From: Eledone cirrhosa
Taxonomy: Eukaryota
NCBI GenBank assembly: GCA_964016885.1
Contig: OZ024765.1
Location: forward strand, 16,368,001-16,432,000
Direction: 5' to 3'
DNA length: 64,000 nucleotides
Positions 16,711 to 34,759 of this stretch are shown here, piece after piece. The notes below the pieces were generated by a model. That model made no database searches, was not told the origin of the DNA, and saw only the letters and a list, made by a program, of their open reading frames with translations. Position 1 is the first letter of the stretch, and each line of letters opens with the position of its first letter. The position numbers and the translations under genes are program-made.

Positions 16711-16800
16711 CACATGTATATATATATATGTATATATATAAATGTGTATTTATGCATGCATAGAAACACGCACACACACACTATATATATATATATATAT

Positions 16801-17085
16801 ATGGCGTAGCCATACAATACAAGAGGAGGAACATAATAGTACAACTGATGATGTTGCAGATGTGTAAAGAAATAAATTTGTTAGACTATATATATGTGTT
16901 TATATCTATATTATATCTGTATTTTTAACCGTTGGTCAATCAATGATAAACATTGAGGACCAAATGAATTAACTGTGGAGATATAAAAGATACAGAAGAT
17001 TAAACCAACCAAACAGTGAGTGTGTTATGTTATTATTTCTGGCAATATTATTACAACAATATGATCCTCCCCAAGTATAACAGTA
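16801..17085 (+). mobile_element. Diverged solo pLTR of the 48-51 kb PLE family
   Basis: Collinear similarity to 50725-51030 (ATGGCGTAG..CATACAA, ACTGA.GATGTTGCAGATGTG, CATTGAGGACC, AACCAACCAAACAGTGAGTGTGTT, ATGA.CCTCCCCAA.TATAACA). Confidence 0.85.
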
Positions 17086-17254
17086 TATATATATATATAT
17101 TGGATATATTGGAGAGAGAGAGTCAGTATGTCTGTTTACCTGTCAGCATTTTCCATTTTAATCCCTCCTTTCATTTCTTCATTTCGACAATTATTTATTG
17201 TAAATACAACTTTCTATCTTTCTAGCTTATAACTTTTCCATGCCTCAATATATG

Positions 17255-18432
17255 TTTCTGTATTGCTCTCTAATCTTGTATCTATACAACAACACAGCTA
17301 TATCACCTACCACTCGTTCTATCTACTCTCTAATATTGTATATATAACAACACAGCTATCTCACCTACCACTCTCTATCTGCTCTCTAATCTTGTATCTA
17401 TACAACAACACAGCTATATCACCTACCACTCTTTCTATCTGCTCTCTAATAGTGTATCTATAAAAACACAGCTATATCATCTACCACTCTCTATATCTGC
17501 TCTCTAATATTGTATATATAACAACAACACAGCTATCTCACCTACCACTCTCTCTCTCTGCTCTCTAATCTTGTATCTATAACAACACAGCTATCTCACC
17601 TACCACTCTCACTATTTACTCTCTAATATTGTATATATAACAACACAGCTATCTCACCTACCACTCTCTATATATGCTCTCTAATCTTGTATATATAACA
17701 ACAACACAGCTATCTCACCTACCACTCTCTATATATGCTTTCTAATATTGTATCTATAACAACAACACAGCTATCTCACCTAACACTCTCACTATCCCCT
17801 CTCTAATCTTGTATCTATAACAACACAGCTATCTCACCTACCACACTCTCTATCTGCTCTCTAATATTGTATCTATAACAACACAGCTATCTCACCTAAC
17901 ACTCTCACTATCCCCTCTCTAATATTGTATATATAACAACACAGCTATCTCACCTAACACTCTCACTATCTACTCTCTAATCTTGTATCTATAACAACAC
18001 AGCTATCTCACCTAACACTCTCACTATCCCCTCTCTAATCTTGTATCTATAACAACACAGCTATCTCACCTAACACTCTCACTATCCCCTCTCTAATATT
18101 GTATATATAACAACACAGCTATCTCACCTAACACTCTCACTATCTACTCTCTAATCTTGTATCTATAACAACACAGCTATCTCACCTAACACTCTCACTA
18201 TCCCCTCTCTAATCTTGTATCTATAACAACACAGCTATCTCACCTAACACTCTCACTATCCCCTCTCTAATCTTGTATCTATAACAACACAGCTATCTCA
18301 CCTAACACTCTCACTATCTACTCTCTAATCTTGTATCTATAACAACACAGCTATCTCACCTAACACTCTCACTATCCCCTCTCTAATATTGTAACTATCA
18401 CATCAACACAGCTATCTCACCTAACACTCTCT
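17255..18432. repeat. Minisatellite, ~58-bp unit, about 20 copies
   Basis: CTCTCTAATCTTGTATCTATAACAACACAGCTATCTCACCTAACACTCTCACTATCCC and variants. Confidence 0.92.
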
Positions 18433-19142
18433 CGCAATAACATACACACGTACACACACACACACTCATACATGCACACACATACACTCACACAGACTCA
18501 GACACATACACACACACAAACACACGCTCATGTATTCACACACATACACACTAACACAAATACATATACACACAGAAACACACCCTCACACACACACACA
18601 CATGCTCTCTCTCTCTCTCTCACTCTCTCTTACACACACAATACCGCCCACACACATTCACTCACATACACACAGTCGGTCTCTCAAATTCTCTCTCTCA
18701 CACACACATACACACACTACCTACACACACACCCCACACACACTCACGCAAACAAACAATCTCCCTAACACCCACTCTCTCTGTCTCTCACATTCTCTCT
18801 CTCTCTCACAAACACTGTCTCTCTGTCACACACACACACACACTTACAAACAGACACACAATATCTCTCTCTCTCTCTGTCACACACTACCCCATACACA
18901 TACACTCACAAACAGACACACTCTCACTACCACCCACACACTCTCTCTCTATATATATATATCAAACTAGCCCCTCGCCCCCTCACACTATCTCTCTCTC
19001 TATGTGTCACACACACACACACTGCCCCATACACATACACTCACAAACAGACACTCTCACTACCACCCACACACTTTCTCTCTCTATATATATATATCAA
19101 ACTAGCCCCTCGCCCACCTCACACTATCTCTCTCTCTATGTG

Positions 19143-19180
<38 letters not shown>

Positions 19181-19480
19181 CCCCATACACCTACTCTCAC
19201 AAACAGACACTCTCTCTCTCTCTCTCACTACCACCCACACACTCTCTATATATATCAAGGTAGTCCCTCCCACGCTCACACTATCTCTCTCTCTCCCACA
19301 CATATCAACCCAAATCCAATCCTTCTCAATCCTGCTAGAGGAACTATTCTCTAGTTGACCTTCATTTTCTCATGCTTGGTTTTGGTGATGTCTTCAGGGG
19401 AGCATATTTCCTCACCACGCTTGGTCAGTTACTAGTTGGTGAGGCTATTTAGCTCATGGCTGGGGGGGGGGGGTTATATA

Positions 19481-19526
<46 letters not shown>

Positions 19527-19584
19527 CATAGATACATACACATTTATACACACACAGACAGACACGCATACATACATATATATG

Positions 19585-20140
19585 ATGGCTGTCCCCTTGT
19601 TATCGAGTATGGCCATTGCAAGATATACCATTATTAATAATTATTAATTAATTCTATCATGCAATGCCTGTGCGTGAAGATTATTTTTAAAGTGAGGAAA
19701 GACTGTGCACTGAGCCAATCCCACTCTTTGAGCGACAGTAGCTATAACCCGAAAAGAAGAACAGATCAACATCATCGGTAACTACTGAGCCGCAGGTTTT
19801 ATGTCGGAGTTATCCCAGTTTCCTGAGTTGCCTTCTCATAGAAGAATGCCCTGACAAAGGCTAGGGGACCTTCACTCCCAGTGGTTTAACCGCGCGATTG
19901 TTGGGTTTGGTCATGTCTTCAGGTGTAACCATCCCCACCACCCTTGACCCATTGTAGATTGGTGAGGCTGTTTAACCTATAGTTGGGTTGGATGGCCGTC
20001 GAATCTGAGGCGTTCAACCTCCCCTTTTAACAGCTCAGTAGTTTGTTGAGCCAGAGGGTTTCCTCTGACATCCTTACATTCCTCACAAGACTAGGGTCTG
20101 ATGGAAGGGCTGATTTCGATAATGAACCATCTTGTACTCA
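19585..20140. mobile_element. Interspersed repeat family C, longer copy
   Basis: Matches 54343-54760 without the SINE insert; partial duplicate at 19375-19462. Confidence 0.7.
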
Positions 20141-20159
20141 GTTACACACACAAGCATTT

Positions 20160-21120
20160 AACACTACTATTGATACTACTACTACTAATACTACTACTAC
20201 AGCCACTGATACTACTACTATATATACTACTACTACCACTGCTACTGCTGCTACTGCTACTACAACTAATACAACTATTATTTATACTACTACTACTAAT
20301 ACTACTACTACAGCCACTGATACTACTAGTAAAGATACTACTACTACTACCACTGCTACTGCTACTAATACAACTATTATTGATACTACTACTACTAATA
20401 CTACAGCCACTGATACTACTACTAAAGATACTACTACTACCACTGCTACTGCAACTAATACAACTACTATTGATACTACTACTACCACTGCTACTGCTAC
20501 TACAACTAATACAACTACTATTGATACTACTACTACTAATACTACAGCCACTGATACTACTACTAAAGATACTACTACTACCACTGCTAGTGCTACTACA
20601 ACTAATACAACTACTATTTATACTACTACTACGACAGCACTGATACTACTACTAAATATACTACTATGACTACCACTGCTACTGCTACTAATACAACTAC
20701 TATTTATACTACTACTACTAATACTACTACTACATCCACTGATACTAATACTATATATACTACTACTACCACTACTACTGCTACTACAACTAATACAACT
20801 ACTATTTATACTACTACTACTAATACTACTACTACATCCACTGATACTACTACTAAAGATACTACTACTACTACCACTGCTACTAATACAACTACTATTG
20901 ATACTACTACTACTACTACTAATACTACTACTAAATATACTACTACTACCACTGCTACTACAACAACTACTATTGATACTACTACTACTAATACTACTAC
21001 TACAACCACTTTTCTACTACTAAAGATACTACTACTACCACTACTACTGCTACTACAACAACTACTATTACAACTACTGGTATTACTAATACCATAACTG
21101 CTGCTGCTACTACTACTACT
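20160..21120. repeat. (ACT)n-derived compound repeat with higher-order units
   Basis: Recurring CAGCCACTGATACTACT and ACTAATACAACTACTATT blocks. Confidence 0.85.
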
Positions 21121-21273
21121 GTTATAATAACATGAAGCACCACTCATTAATTAGTGTCATTAACAGAATATATTAATTAAACACACACACACATATATAT
21201 ATATGTATATATATGTGTGTGTGTGTGTGTATGTATGTGTGTGTGTATGTGTGTGTATGTATGTATGGGTGTG

Positions 21274-21304
<31 letters not shown>

Positions 21305-21369
21305 AATTAGTAAATTCGGATAATGCCGTATATATTATGTTTGTATGCGTACATATTCATCACTCTCGC

Positions 21370-26140
<4,771 letters not shown>

Positions 26141-26477
26141 ACAGCAATTTTTAATTTCTGTTGTTGATTAAACGTATTTTACAAGGACACTGAAAACTTA
26201 CTGAATTGAAAATAAAAAATGTGCAATGTTTTTTTTTTTTAGTTTTTTATTCTGTGTGTATGTGTGTTTTTTTTTTTATGTCTCTAATTATTATATTATT
26301 TTTCTTAATTTATTTTTAATGAAATAACTAATTGTTTTTAAATATATATCTTTTAAAAAAATATTATCTTCTCTCACAGTCATTTTATATCGTTGTAATT
26401 ACCTTGCTTTCTGACGTCTATGTCATAAATAACAGCAAATAAACCAACAATTATATATGAGAGAACATACTGACTGC

Positions 26478-27632
26478 TAATAGTTGTTTCTACTTATGGC
26501 TCAAGTCCAACAATTACTCCAGTGTATTACTGGTACTTTATTTTTTCGACCCCGTAAGTTTGAAAGGCAAAGTGGTTTTTGATTTGGGCACAAGGCTAAC
26601 AACTTTGGTGTTGGGGACAGGACCTGAACATGGCTTCTGATTTAGGCAAGCCCGTCAATATTTGAGGAGCAAAGTCGATTAAATCTACCTCAGTATATTA
26701 CTGGTACTTTATTTTATCGACCCCGTAAGTTTGAAAGGCAAAGTGGTTTTTGATTTGGGCAAAAGGCTAACAACATTGGTGTTGGGGACAGGACCTGAAC
26801 ATGGCTTCTGATTTAGGCAAGCCCGTCAATATTTGAGGAGCAAAGTCGATTAAATCTACCTCAGTATATTACTGGTACTTTATTTTATCGACCCCGTAAG
26901 TTTGAAAGGCAAAGTGGTTTTTGATTTGGGCACAAGGCTAACAACTTTGGTGTTGAGGACCTGAAAATGGCTTCTGATTTAGGCAAGTCCGTCAATATTT
27001 GGGGAGCATAGTCGATTAAATCTACCTCAGTATATTACTGGTACTTTATTTTATCGACTCCGTAAGTTTGAAAGGCAAAGTGGTTTTTGATTTGGGCACA
27101 AGGCTAACAACTTTGGTGTTGAGGACCTGAAAATGGCTTCTGATTTAGGCAAGTCCGTCAATATTTGGGGAGCAAAGTCGATTAAATTTACCCCAGTATA
27201 TTACTGGTACTTTATTTTATCGATCCTTCAGCAGAATTTGAACTCAGTGATTTTTGATTTAGGAACAAGGCTAACAACTTTGGTGGAGAGGACAGTCGAT
27301 GAGCTCGACCTCAGTACGTGACTGGTACTTTATTGTATCAACCCCGTAAAGATGAAAGGCGACGCTAACTTCGGATGGATTTGAACTCAGAACGTAAATG
27401 GCCTTAACTCTATGCTACAAGGCATGTCGTCCGACGCTCTACTAATCCTGTCAATCGACCACCCTAAAATAATAATAATAATTGTTTCTACTTTTATCAC
27501 ATGGCCAGCAATTATCCCAGTGCATTACTGGTACTTTATTGTATCGACCCACCCCGTAATGATGAAAGACAGAGATAACCTCGGCGGGATTTGAACTCAG
27601 ACCATAAAGGGACGTAACTCTATGCTGCCAGA
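26478..27632 (-). repeat. Tandem array of SINE-derived 166-171 bp units plus flanking SINE copies
   Basis: Unit starts at about 26520, 26691, 26862, 27028 and 27194. Confidence 0.85.
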
Positions 27633-27633
27633 C

Positions 27634-27679
<46 letters not shown>

Positions 27680-27680
<1 letters not shown>

Positions 27681-28003
27681 TTTTCTTTATTAACCACAAG
27701 GGTTCACATAAAGTAGACATTAAGGACAGTACAGGACAATACAGGACGGTACAAATGGGCATTTCTGCGTGTAAAAAAACAGAGGTTGAAATAAAATAAC
27801 AAAGAAAAATTCCTCAATAGGGGAGAGACTTCCAAGGGACATTTGTGGAGAAAGCCCATTAAAAGACCACAGTGGCCCTGACCACCAGGGCAAGTGCCCT
27901 CTCCCAGTTTTCCACCTTTAATTTACAGACACATACTCAGAGAAGGCCCATTCATTCGGGCCATACTTGCTTCTCTCACCCATCTTTCAACAAAATGCTG
28001 GGA
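27680..28003 (-). mobile_element. Probable L1/Tx1-like LINE 3' end
   Basis: Minus strand encodes FVERWVREASMARMNGPSLSMCL*, followed by a pyrimidine-rich UTR, AATAAA and an (ATT)n tail. Confidence 0.5.
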
Positions 28004-28162
28004 AGTAATAATAATAATAATAAAAATAATAATAATAATAAAAGAAATGATGACATGATCTACTTAAATTCGAAATAATGATTTATTTATTAGACACAAG
28101 TTGACCCTCCCCGCTTTCTGTTTGGTTTGGGTCACGTCAGTAGTTAAACCGTACTTACCAAG

Positions 28163-28211
<49 letters not shown>

Positions 28212-28380
28212 TAAACGGAAAAGAAAATGCTGACAACTTGTTCCCAGTGAAAAATAGTCTAATTAGGAATAAGTAAAAATTAGTAATAGTATTGGTTAGT
28301 ATTCAGTTTTGGTTTTAAGTTTTACCGGTGGCGCATTTCTAATGCTTTTCAAAAATAATTTTGAGATAGAGCGCCCGTGA

Positions 28381-28614
28381 AGAGGGAGTCTGACGTTAGC
28401 TGGACATGCGCACTGACATCCAGAGTTGACACTGCACTCAGTGTTCCTGTGGGAGCCCCTGCATGGACACACTGGAAGAGGAAGACCGAGGTTAACATAC
28501 ATTGATACCCTAAGGACAGACACTGGTCCTTTGGAGACGCAGGACATGGCACCGATAATGAGGGACAGATATCGCTGGAGAGAACTCGTCGATGGATCTC
28601 GGGAATTTTACAAG

Positions 28615-28617
<3 letters not shown>
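28381..28617 (+). mobile_element. RTE-clade LINE 3' end
   Basis: LWEPLHGHTGRGRPRLTYIDTLRTDTG..MRDRYRWRELV, ending in (AT)n. Confidence 0.85.
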
Positions 28618-28656
<39 letters not shown>

Positions 28657-28660
<4 letters not shown>

Positions 28661-29025
28661 GTTTCTATTTTAGGCACAAGGCCAGCAGTTATCCAGTACA
28701 TTACTGGTACTTTATTTTATCGATCCCGTAAGGATGAAAGGCAAAGTTAACCTCGGCGAGATTTGAACTCAGAATAGCAAGGGCCGTAACTCTATGCGTC
28801 AAAGCTTGGCGTCCGACCCTCTATCGATACTGCCAATATATATAATTGTTTCTACGTTAGGCACAAGGCCAGCAATTACCCAGTACATTACTGGTACTTT
28901 ATTTTATCGATCCCGTAAGGATGAAAGGCAGAGTCAACCTCGGGGGGATTTGAACTCAAATCGTAAAGGGACGTAACTATGCTGGAAAGCATGGCGTCCG
29001 ATCCTCTACTGATACTGCCAATCCA
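28657..29025 (-). mobile_element. SINE family A, two tandem copies
   Basis: Two reverse-complement copies separated by short (AT)n. Confidence 0.88.
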
Positions 29026-29128
29026 AGATGTCTAAAATTGGTCTTACACTATGAAGCTACAGTTGCGGCATTCAGAGAGAGTTCATTAATTCTCCAGAAT
29101 TTATTTCCCTCACATCTTCCATTTATGA

Positions 29129-29159
<31 letters not shown>

Positions 29160-29624
29160 AAAAGGAACTATCGACTTTCGTCAAATCGGACCGACGAATC
29201 AATGTTTCCGCCGGTCTTTCCAATTGCTAATACTATATATCGGTCGCAACTCCACGTAGAAGGAGCAACGTGAAATAAAGTGTCTTGCTCAAGGACATAA
29301 CGCATCGCCTTGTCCAGGAATCGAACTCACATTATATATATATATATACAAGTTAATATATATTAATATATGATAAACACATACGTCTTTGTTTTGTAAG
29401 AGACAAACATATTTAGGTTTCGAAGTTCAAATTCATCTACGGAGCAGGTTTGGATTTTGAAATTTAAATTTGTCCAGGAATCACGGCTTTTGCCAATATA
29501 AACTTGTCTTTATTGACTTATATCGAGACAGTCAAATTGTATTCATTTTAATTAGTTTATTCCATTCTAGCTAACTTTGTCTCTTACAATACAAACACGT
29601 ATGTGTTTATCATATATTAATATC

Positions 29625-29808
29625 GGTGGATTGGCAGTATCGGTAGAGGGTCGGACGCCATGCTTTCCAGCATAGTTACGTCCCTTTACGATCTGAGTTC
29701 AAATCCCGCCGAGGTTGACTTCGCCTTTCATCCTTACGGGGTCGATAAAATAAAGTACCAGTAATGCACTGGGTAATTGCTGGCCTTGTGCCTAAAGTAG
29801 AAACAATT
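29625..29808 (+). mobile_element. SINE family A, full length
   Basis: Near-identical to 12833-13016; flanked by duplicated ATTAATAT. Confidence 0.9.
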
Positions 29809-29900
29809 AATATATATTAACTTGTATTTCACTGCTCGGAAATGCTTCTTTCTTTGAGCTGATTAATTGTAAATGACTTTGAGTTTAAACTCTAAATATA

Positions 29901-29932
<32 letters not shown>

Positions 29933-29943
29933 AACACATAGAT

Positions 29944-30003
<60 letters not shown>

Positions 30004-30028
30004 TTGTGTGTGTGTGTATGCATGTGTG

Positions 30029-30059
<31 letters not shown>

Positions 30060-30352
30060 TACAGCTCACACCTATGCAGGTTTAGCTGGGCTACTCCAAG
30101 GTATATCTCGTTGGAGGTGTCTTGGATAATTTAATGATAGGGACCCCAGTCTCTGGCATTTCGAGCCACTTTTTCCATATAAAACAAGTAACATTCAGAG
30201 ACCAACCAGATGTGAGAAAAACCACAGACCCTCCATCTCAACTCACCTTTTGCAAAGCAGAAGAACTGCGAAACCGGTAAAGGAACCAAATAAATATAGA
30301 TATTTTTTTAAAAAATAAGACTCCAGTTGCATTTTCGATTTCATCTCTTTTT

Positions 30353-30392
<40 letters not shown>

Positions 30393-30935
30393 AAAATGTT
30401 AATACAATACAAATTATATTCTATATTCACATTGCAACTTCCACTTACAGAACCAGAATATATTTCGTCATGTTTTGCAATAATACACAGCACCACTAAA
30501 ACCACCACCAAAAAAACACCATCACTAAAACCACTACCCTACCCCGCCCCCCCCCCCCCATACTAAAAAAAAACAAAAAAACAAAAAAACAACAACCATG
30601 AATTCCCTAAAATTAAAAGTAACACATCACATACTTATTTATAAATTTCTTTTCGTTTATCGTCTTTTATATTGCCATAAATTTAGAATCACCTGCAGTT
30701 AACAACCATAACTCTTCTGAAATTCACCGAAATAAGAAATATATGCCAAATAGTCGAAATTTCCCCATATTTAATTTTCATACAATTTATTTCATCTATC
30801 AACCATATTCTAGATACCACACAGAAAAAATAAATTATTTTATGTTATTATTCTTTTCATTATTATTAGCTTCAATTTTACACATTAATTCTCTTTCTAC
30901 CAGTTACATACACACACTTTCCTGTATCAAGTGGC

Positions 30936-30985
<50 letters not shown>

Positions 30986-30989
30986 ACAC

Positions 30990-31091
30990 ACACGTATCTC
31001 TCTAAAGAAAATTATATATATACACACACACACATATATATGTATGTTATAAATACATATGTATCTCTATAAAAGAAAATTATATATATAT

Positions 31092-31127
<36 letters not shown>

Positions 31128-31454
31128 GCGCATCTCTACAGATAATTATACACACACACACACATATATATGTTATATATATATACGTATGTATCTCTAT
31201 AAAAAAAAATTATATATATATACACACACACACATATATATGTTATATATACATATGCATCTCTACAGATAATTATACACACACACATATATATGTTATA
31301 TATATATACGTATGTATCTCTATAAAAAAAAATTATATATATATACACACACACACATATATATATATACATATGCATCTCTACAGATAATTATACACAC
31401 ACACATACACATATATATGTTATATATATACGTATATATCTCTCTACACAAAAT

Positions 31455-31493
<39 letters not shown>

Positions 31494-31994
31494 TATATAT
31501 ATACATGTATCTCTCTACACACAATTATACACACACATATGTTATATATATACATGTATCTCTCTACACACAATTACACACACACACACACACATACGCA
31601 CACACATATGTTATATATATACATGTATCTCTCTACACACAATTATACACACACACACATACACACACACCTATGTTATATATATACATGTATCTCTCTA
31701 CACACAATTATACACACACACATATGTTATATATATACATGTATCTCTCTACACACAATTATACACACACACATATATGTTATATATATACATGCATCTC
31801 TCTACACACAATTATACACACACACATATATGTTATATATATACATGTATCTCTCTACACACAATTATATACACACACACACACACATACACACACATAT
31901 ATGTTATATATATACATGTATCTCTCTACACACAATTATACACACACACATATATGTTATATATATACATGTATCTCTCTACACAAAATTATAC

Positions 31995-32025
<31 letters not shown>

Positions 32026-32030
32026 ATTAC
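30990..32030. repeat. ~50-60 bp AC/AT minisatellite
   Basis: Recurring TGTTATATATATACATGTATCTCTCTACACACAATTATACAC. Confidence 0.85.
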
Positions 32031-32501
32031 CATTATTTTATAATGCATCTTTATACTATATATATATATTTCTTTTTGAGAATGTTTACACGTTAATTGT
32101 TATTATACTAGTTACACACACAAACTTTCCTGTATCAACTGCCCCCAAAACACACACACACAGAAAACAAAATTATTATTTATCTACCACTACCACCACT
32201 ACCACCACCACTACCACTACTACCACCACTGCCACTACTACCACCACCAACACTACCACCACCACCACTACTACCATCACCACCACTACTACCACCACCA
32301 CCACTACTATTACTACCACCACTACCACTACCACTACCACCACCACTACTACCACTACCACCACCACTACCACCACCACTACTACCACTACCACCACCAC
32401 TACCACCACCACCACTACTATTACTACCACCACTACCACTTCCACCACCACTACCACTACCACTACTACCACCACCACCAGCACCACTACCACTACTACC
32501 A

Positions 32502-32680
32502 TTGGCAGTATCGGTAGAGGGTCGGACGCCATGCTTTCCAGCAGAGTTACGTCCCTTTACTATCTGAGTTCAAATCCCACCGAGGTTGACTTTGCCTTTC
32601 ATCCTTACGGGGTCGATAAAATAAAGTACCAGTAATACACTGGGTTATTGCTGGCCTTGTGCTTAACGTAGAAACAATTA
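32502..32680 (+). mobile_element. SINE family A
   Basis: Near-identical to 12833-13016; follows an (ACC/ACT)n tract. Confidence 0.88.
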
Positions 32681-34067
32681 TTTATTTTATAATGTATTTT
32701 TATACTTAATATATATATATATATAATTTTTTTTTTTGTTTTAGAATTTTACGTCATTTGTCATTATACTAGTTACACACACACACACGTAAATACACAC
32801 ACACACACGTAAACACACACACACACACACGTAAATACACACACACACGTAAACACACACACTCACGTAAACACACACACATTTCAGTACCAGCTAAAAC
32901 ACACACGAAAAGTAATTTTATTTTTCAATTTTGTTTTGATATATATTTATGCAAATATTTGAAACATTTACACGTTAATTACTAACACACTTTAATTACT
33001 AACACACCACACGTTAATTACTCACGCACACACACGAAATATTTACACCTTAACTCACATTATACTGGGTATACACATACAGACATATATAGACAGAAAC
33101 ATATACACACATGCAAACGCAAACGCGCACGCATGCACTCTTACACACAGACACACATACATAAACACGCATAGACAATGATGGATACAGAAACACACAC
33201 ACAGACAATTAATTATACATACATATACAGACACACATAGACAGATACACACAGACATAAACACACATACACACAGACATAAACAGACACACATAATCAG
33301 ACATAAACACATACAAACATACACACAAACCTAAAAACACATACACAAACACACATACACAAAGATAAATACACATACAAACAGGCATAGACACACACAC
33401 ACAAATACACAGACACACGCATACACACACATAGACAAACACACACATACACACACGTACAAACACACATGCATAACCACACATACACAAACACATACAA
33501 ACATACAGACATAAAATCACACACACACACACAAACAAACATACATAAGCACACATACACAAACACACATAGACACATACATAAACACACACCAACACAC
33601 ACACACAGACATAAAAACACATTCACACAAACACGCATACATAAACACACATACGCACACACACATAAACAGACACACGCAATCAGACAAACACACATAC
33701 AAACATACACACATACAAACACACATGCACACACACAAACACACATACACAAACAGACACAAACACACACACACACGCAGACACAGACACACATATATAC
33801 ACACATACATAACCACACATACATACACATAATCGTATACATTCAATTCATGACCAAACAAGACTCCATTTTATCACAGTCATTGTAATGACTTATGTTA
33901 AGGTGAATCTTATTATTTGTGTTATTCGGTATGTTGGGTTTTTTTTATTTTATTAATAATGGATTATATTAGTTCATCGCATTAATTCATGACTCATGTA
34001 TTGCGGTACTTCACTATGTAATGACAACTACCAACAAACAATAATATTTTGTGAATATATATATATA

Positions 34068-34410
34068 TACAAAAACAAGATGGCTTAGGACACAAAAACA
34101 AGATGGCGTACGACAGAGCAAAGGAGAGGCACAAAGCTAAGAAAAGAATCCCCAGTCACTGAAGAGGTCACAGAATGTGTGACGAAAGAACTTTGACAAT
34201 ATATAAACAATCATCTGGTTGTGGAACCAACCAACCAACCGGAAATTTATAAATTTGTAAATTTATAATTTAATTTATAATAAATTGGAGTGAAAGCAAC
34301 TAGTGCGTGTGTTTCTTATTGGCAACGTGACCCTCCCAAAGTATAACAATATCGGTTTAAACTCACGTTTTCAGATAAAGAATCTTGCGAAACAAATTCA
34401 GAAACGATAT
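34068..34410 (+). mobile_element. Solo pLTR of a sister PLE family
   Basis: AAGATGGCGTA, a hammerhead, (CCAA)n and a TGACCCTCCCAAAGTATAACAATAT end shared with the 51 kb pLTR. Further copies at 39140-39415 (rearranged) and 47752-47782. Confidence 0.75.
34155..34197 (+). ncRNA. Minimal type I hammerhead ribozyme in solo pLTR
   Basis: GTCA-CTGAAGA-G-GTCACA-GAATG-TGTGAC-GAA-AG-AA-CT-T-TGAC; all three helices can form. Confidence 0.75.
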
Positions 34411-34524
34411 ATATATAGTTATATAATAAACAACATAAGATAATTATTTCATTTACCAAAGGTTTCACGGAGACAGTCGAACCTGAAATTTTATTTAAAA
34501 TGGAAGTCTTCCACTTTAAATAAA

Positions 34525-34599
34525 ATTTCATTCTGACGATCGAAGTTAGACGTATGTGCCAGGCTCGTCTGTCTTCGTGAAACCTTTGGTAAATGAAAT
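34525..34599 (+). ncRNA. Type I hammerhead ribozyme
   Basis: Stem I ATTTCATT/AATGAAAT, core CTGACGA, stem II CGAAG..AGACG/CGTCT..CTTCG, GAA, stem III ACC-TTT-GGT, GUA cleavage triplet. Confidence 0.8.
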
Positions 34600-34686
34600 A
34601 ATTATCTTATGCTGATTATTACATAACTAAAAAGCTCTGTCTCCTACATAGAACACTCTCTTTTCTCTTACCTTTCCTACGCAAAC

Positions 34687-34741
<55 letters not shown>

Positions 34742-34759
34742 GTGGTTACACAACAGTTA

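Noticed and set aside
20043-21097. Thr-rich mucin-like ORFs
   Set aside because: (ACT)n-derived repeat open in several frames, with a frameshift near 20640-20670, starting inside a transposon remnant; no signal peptide or splice context seen.
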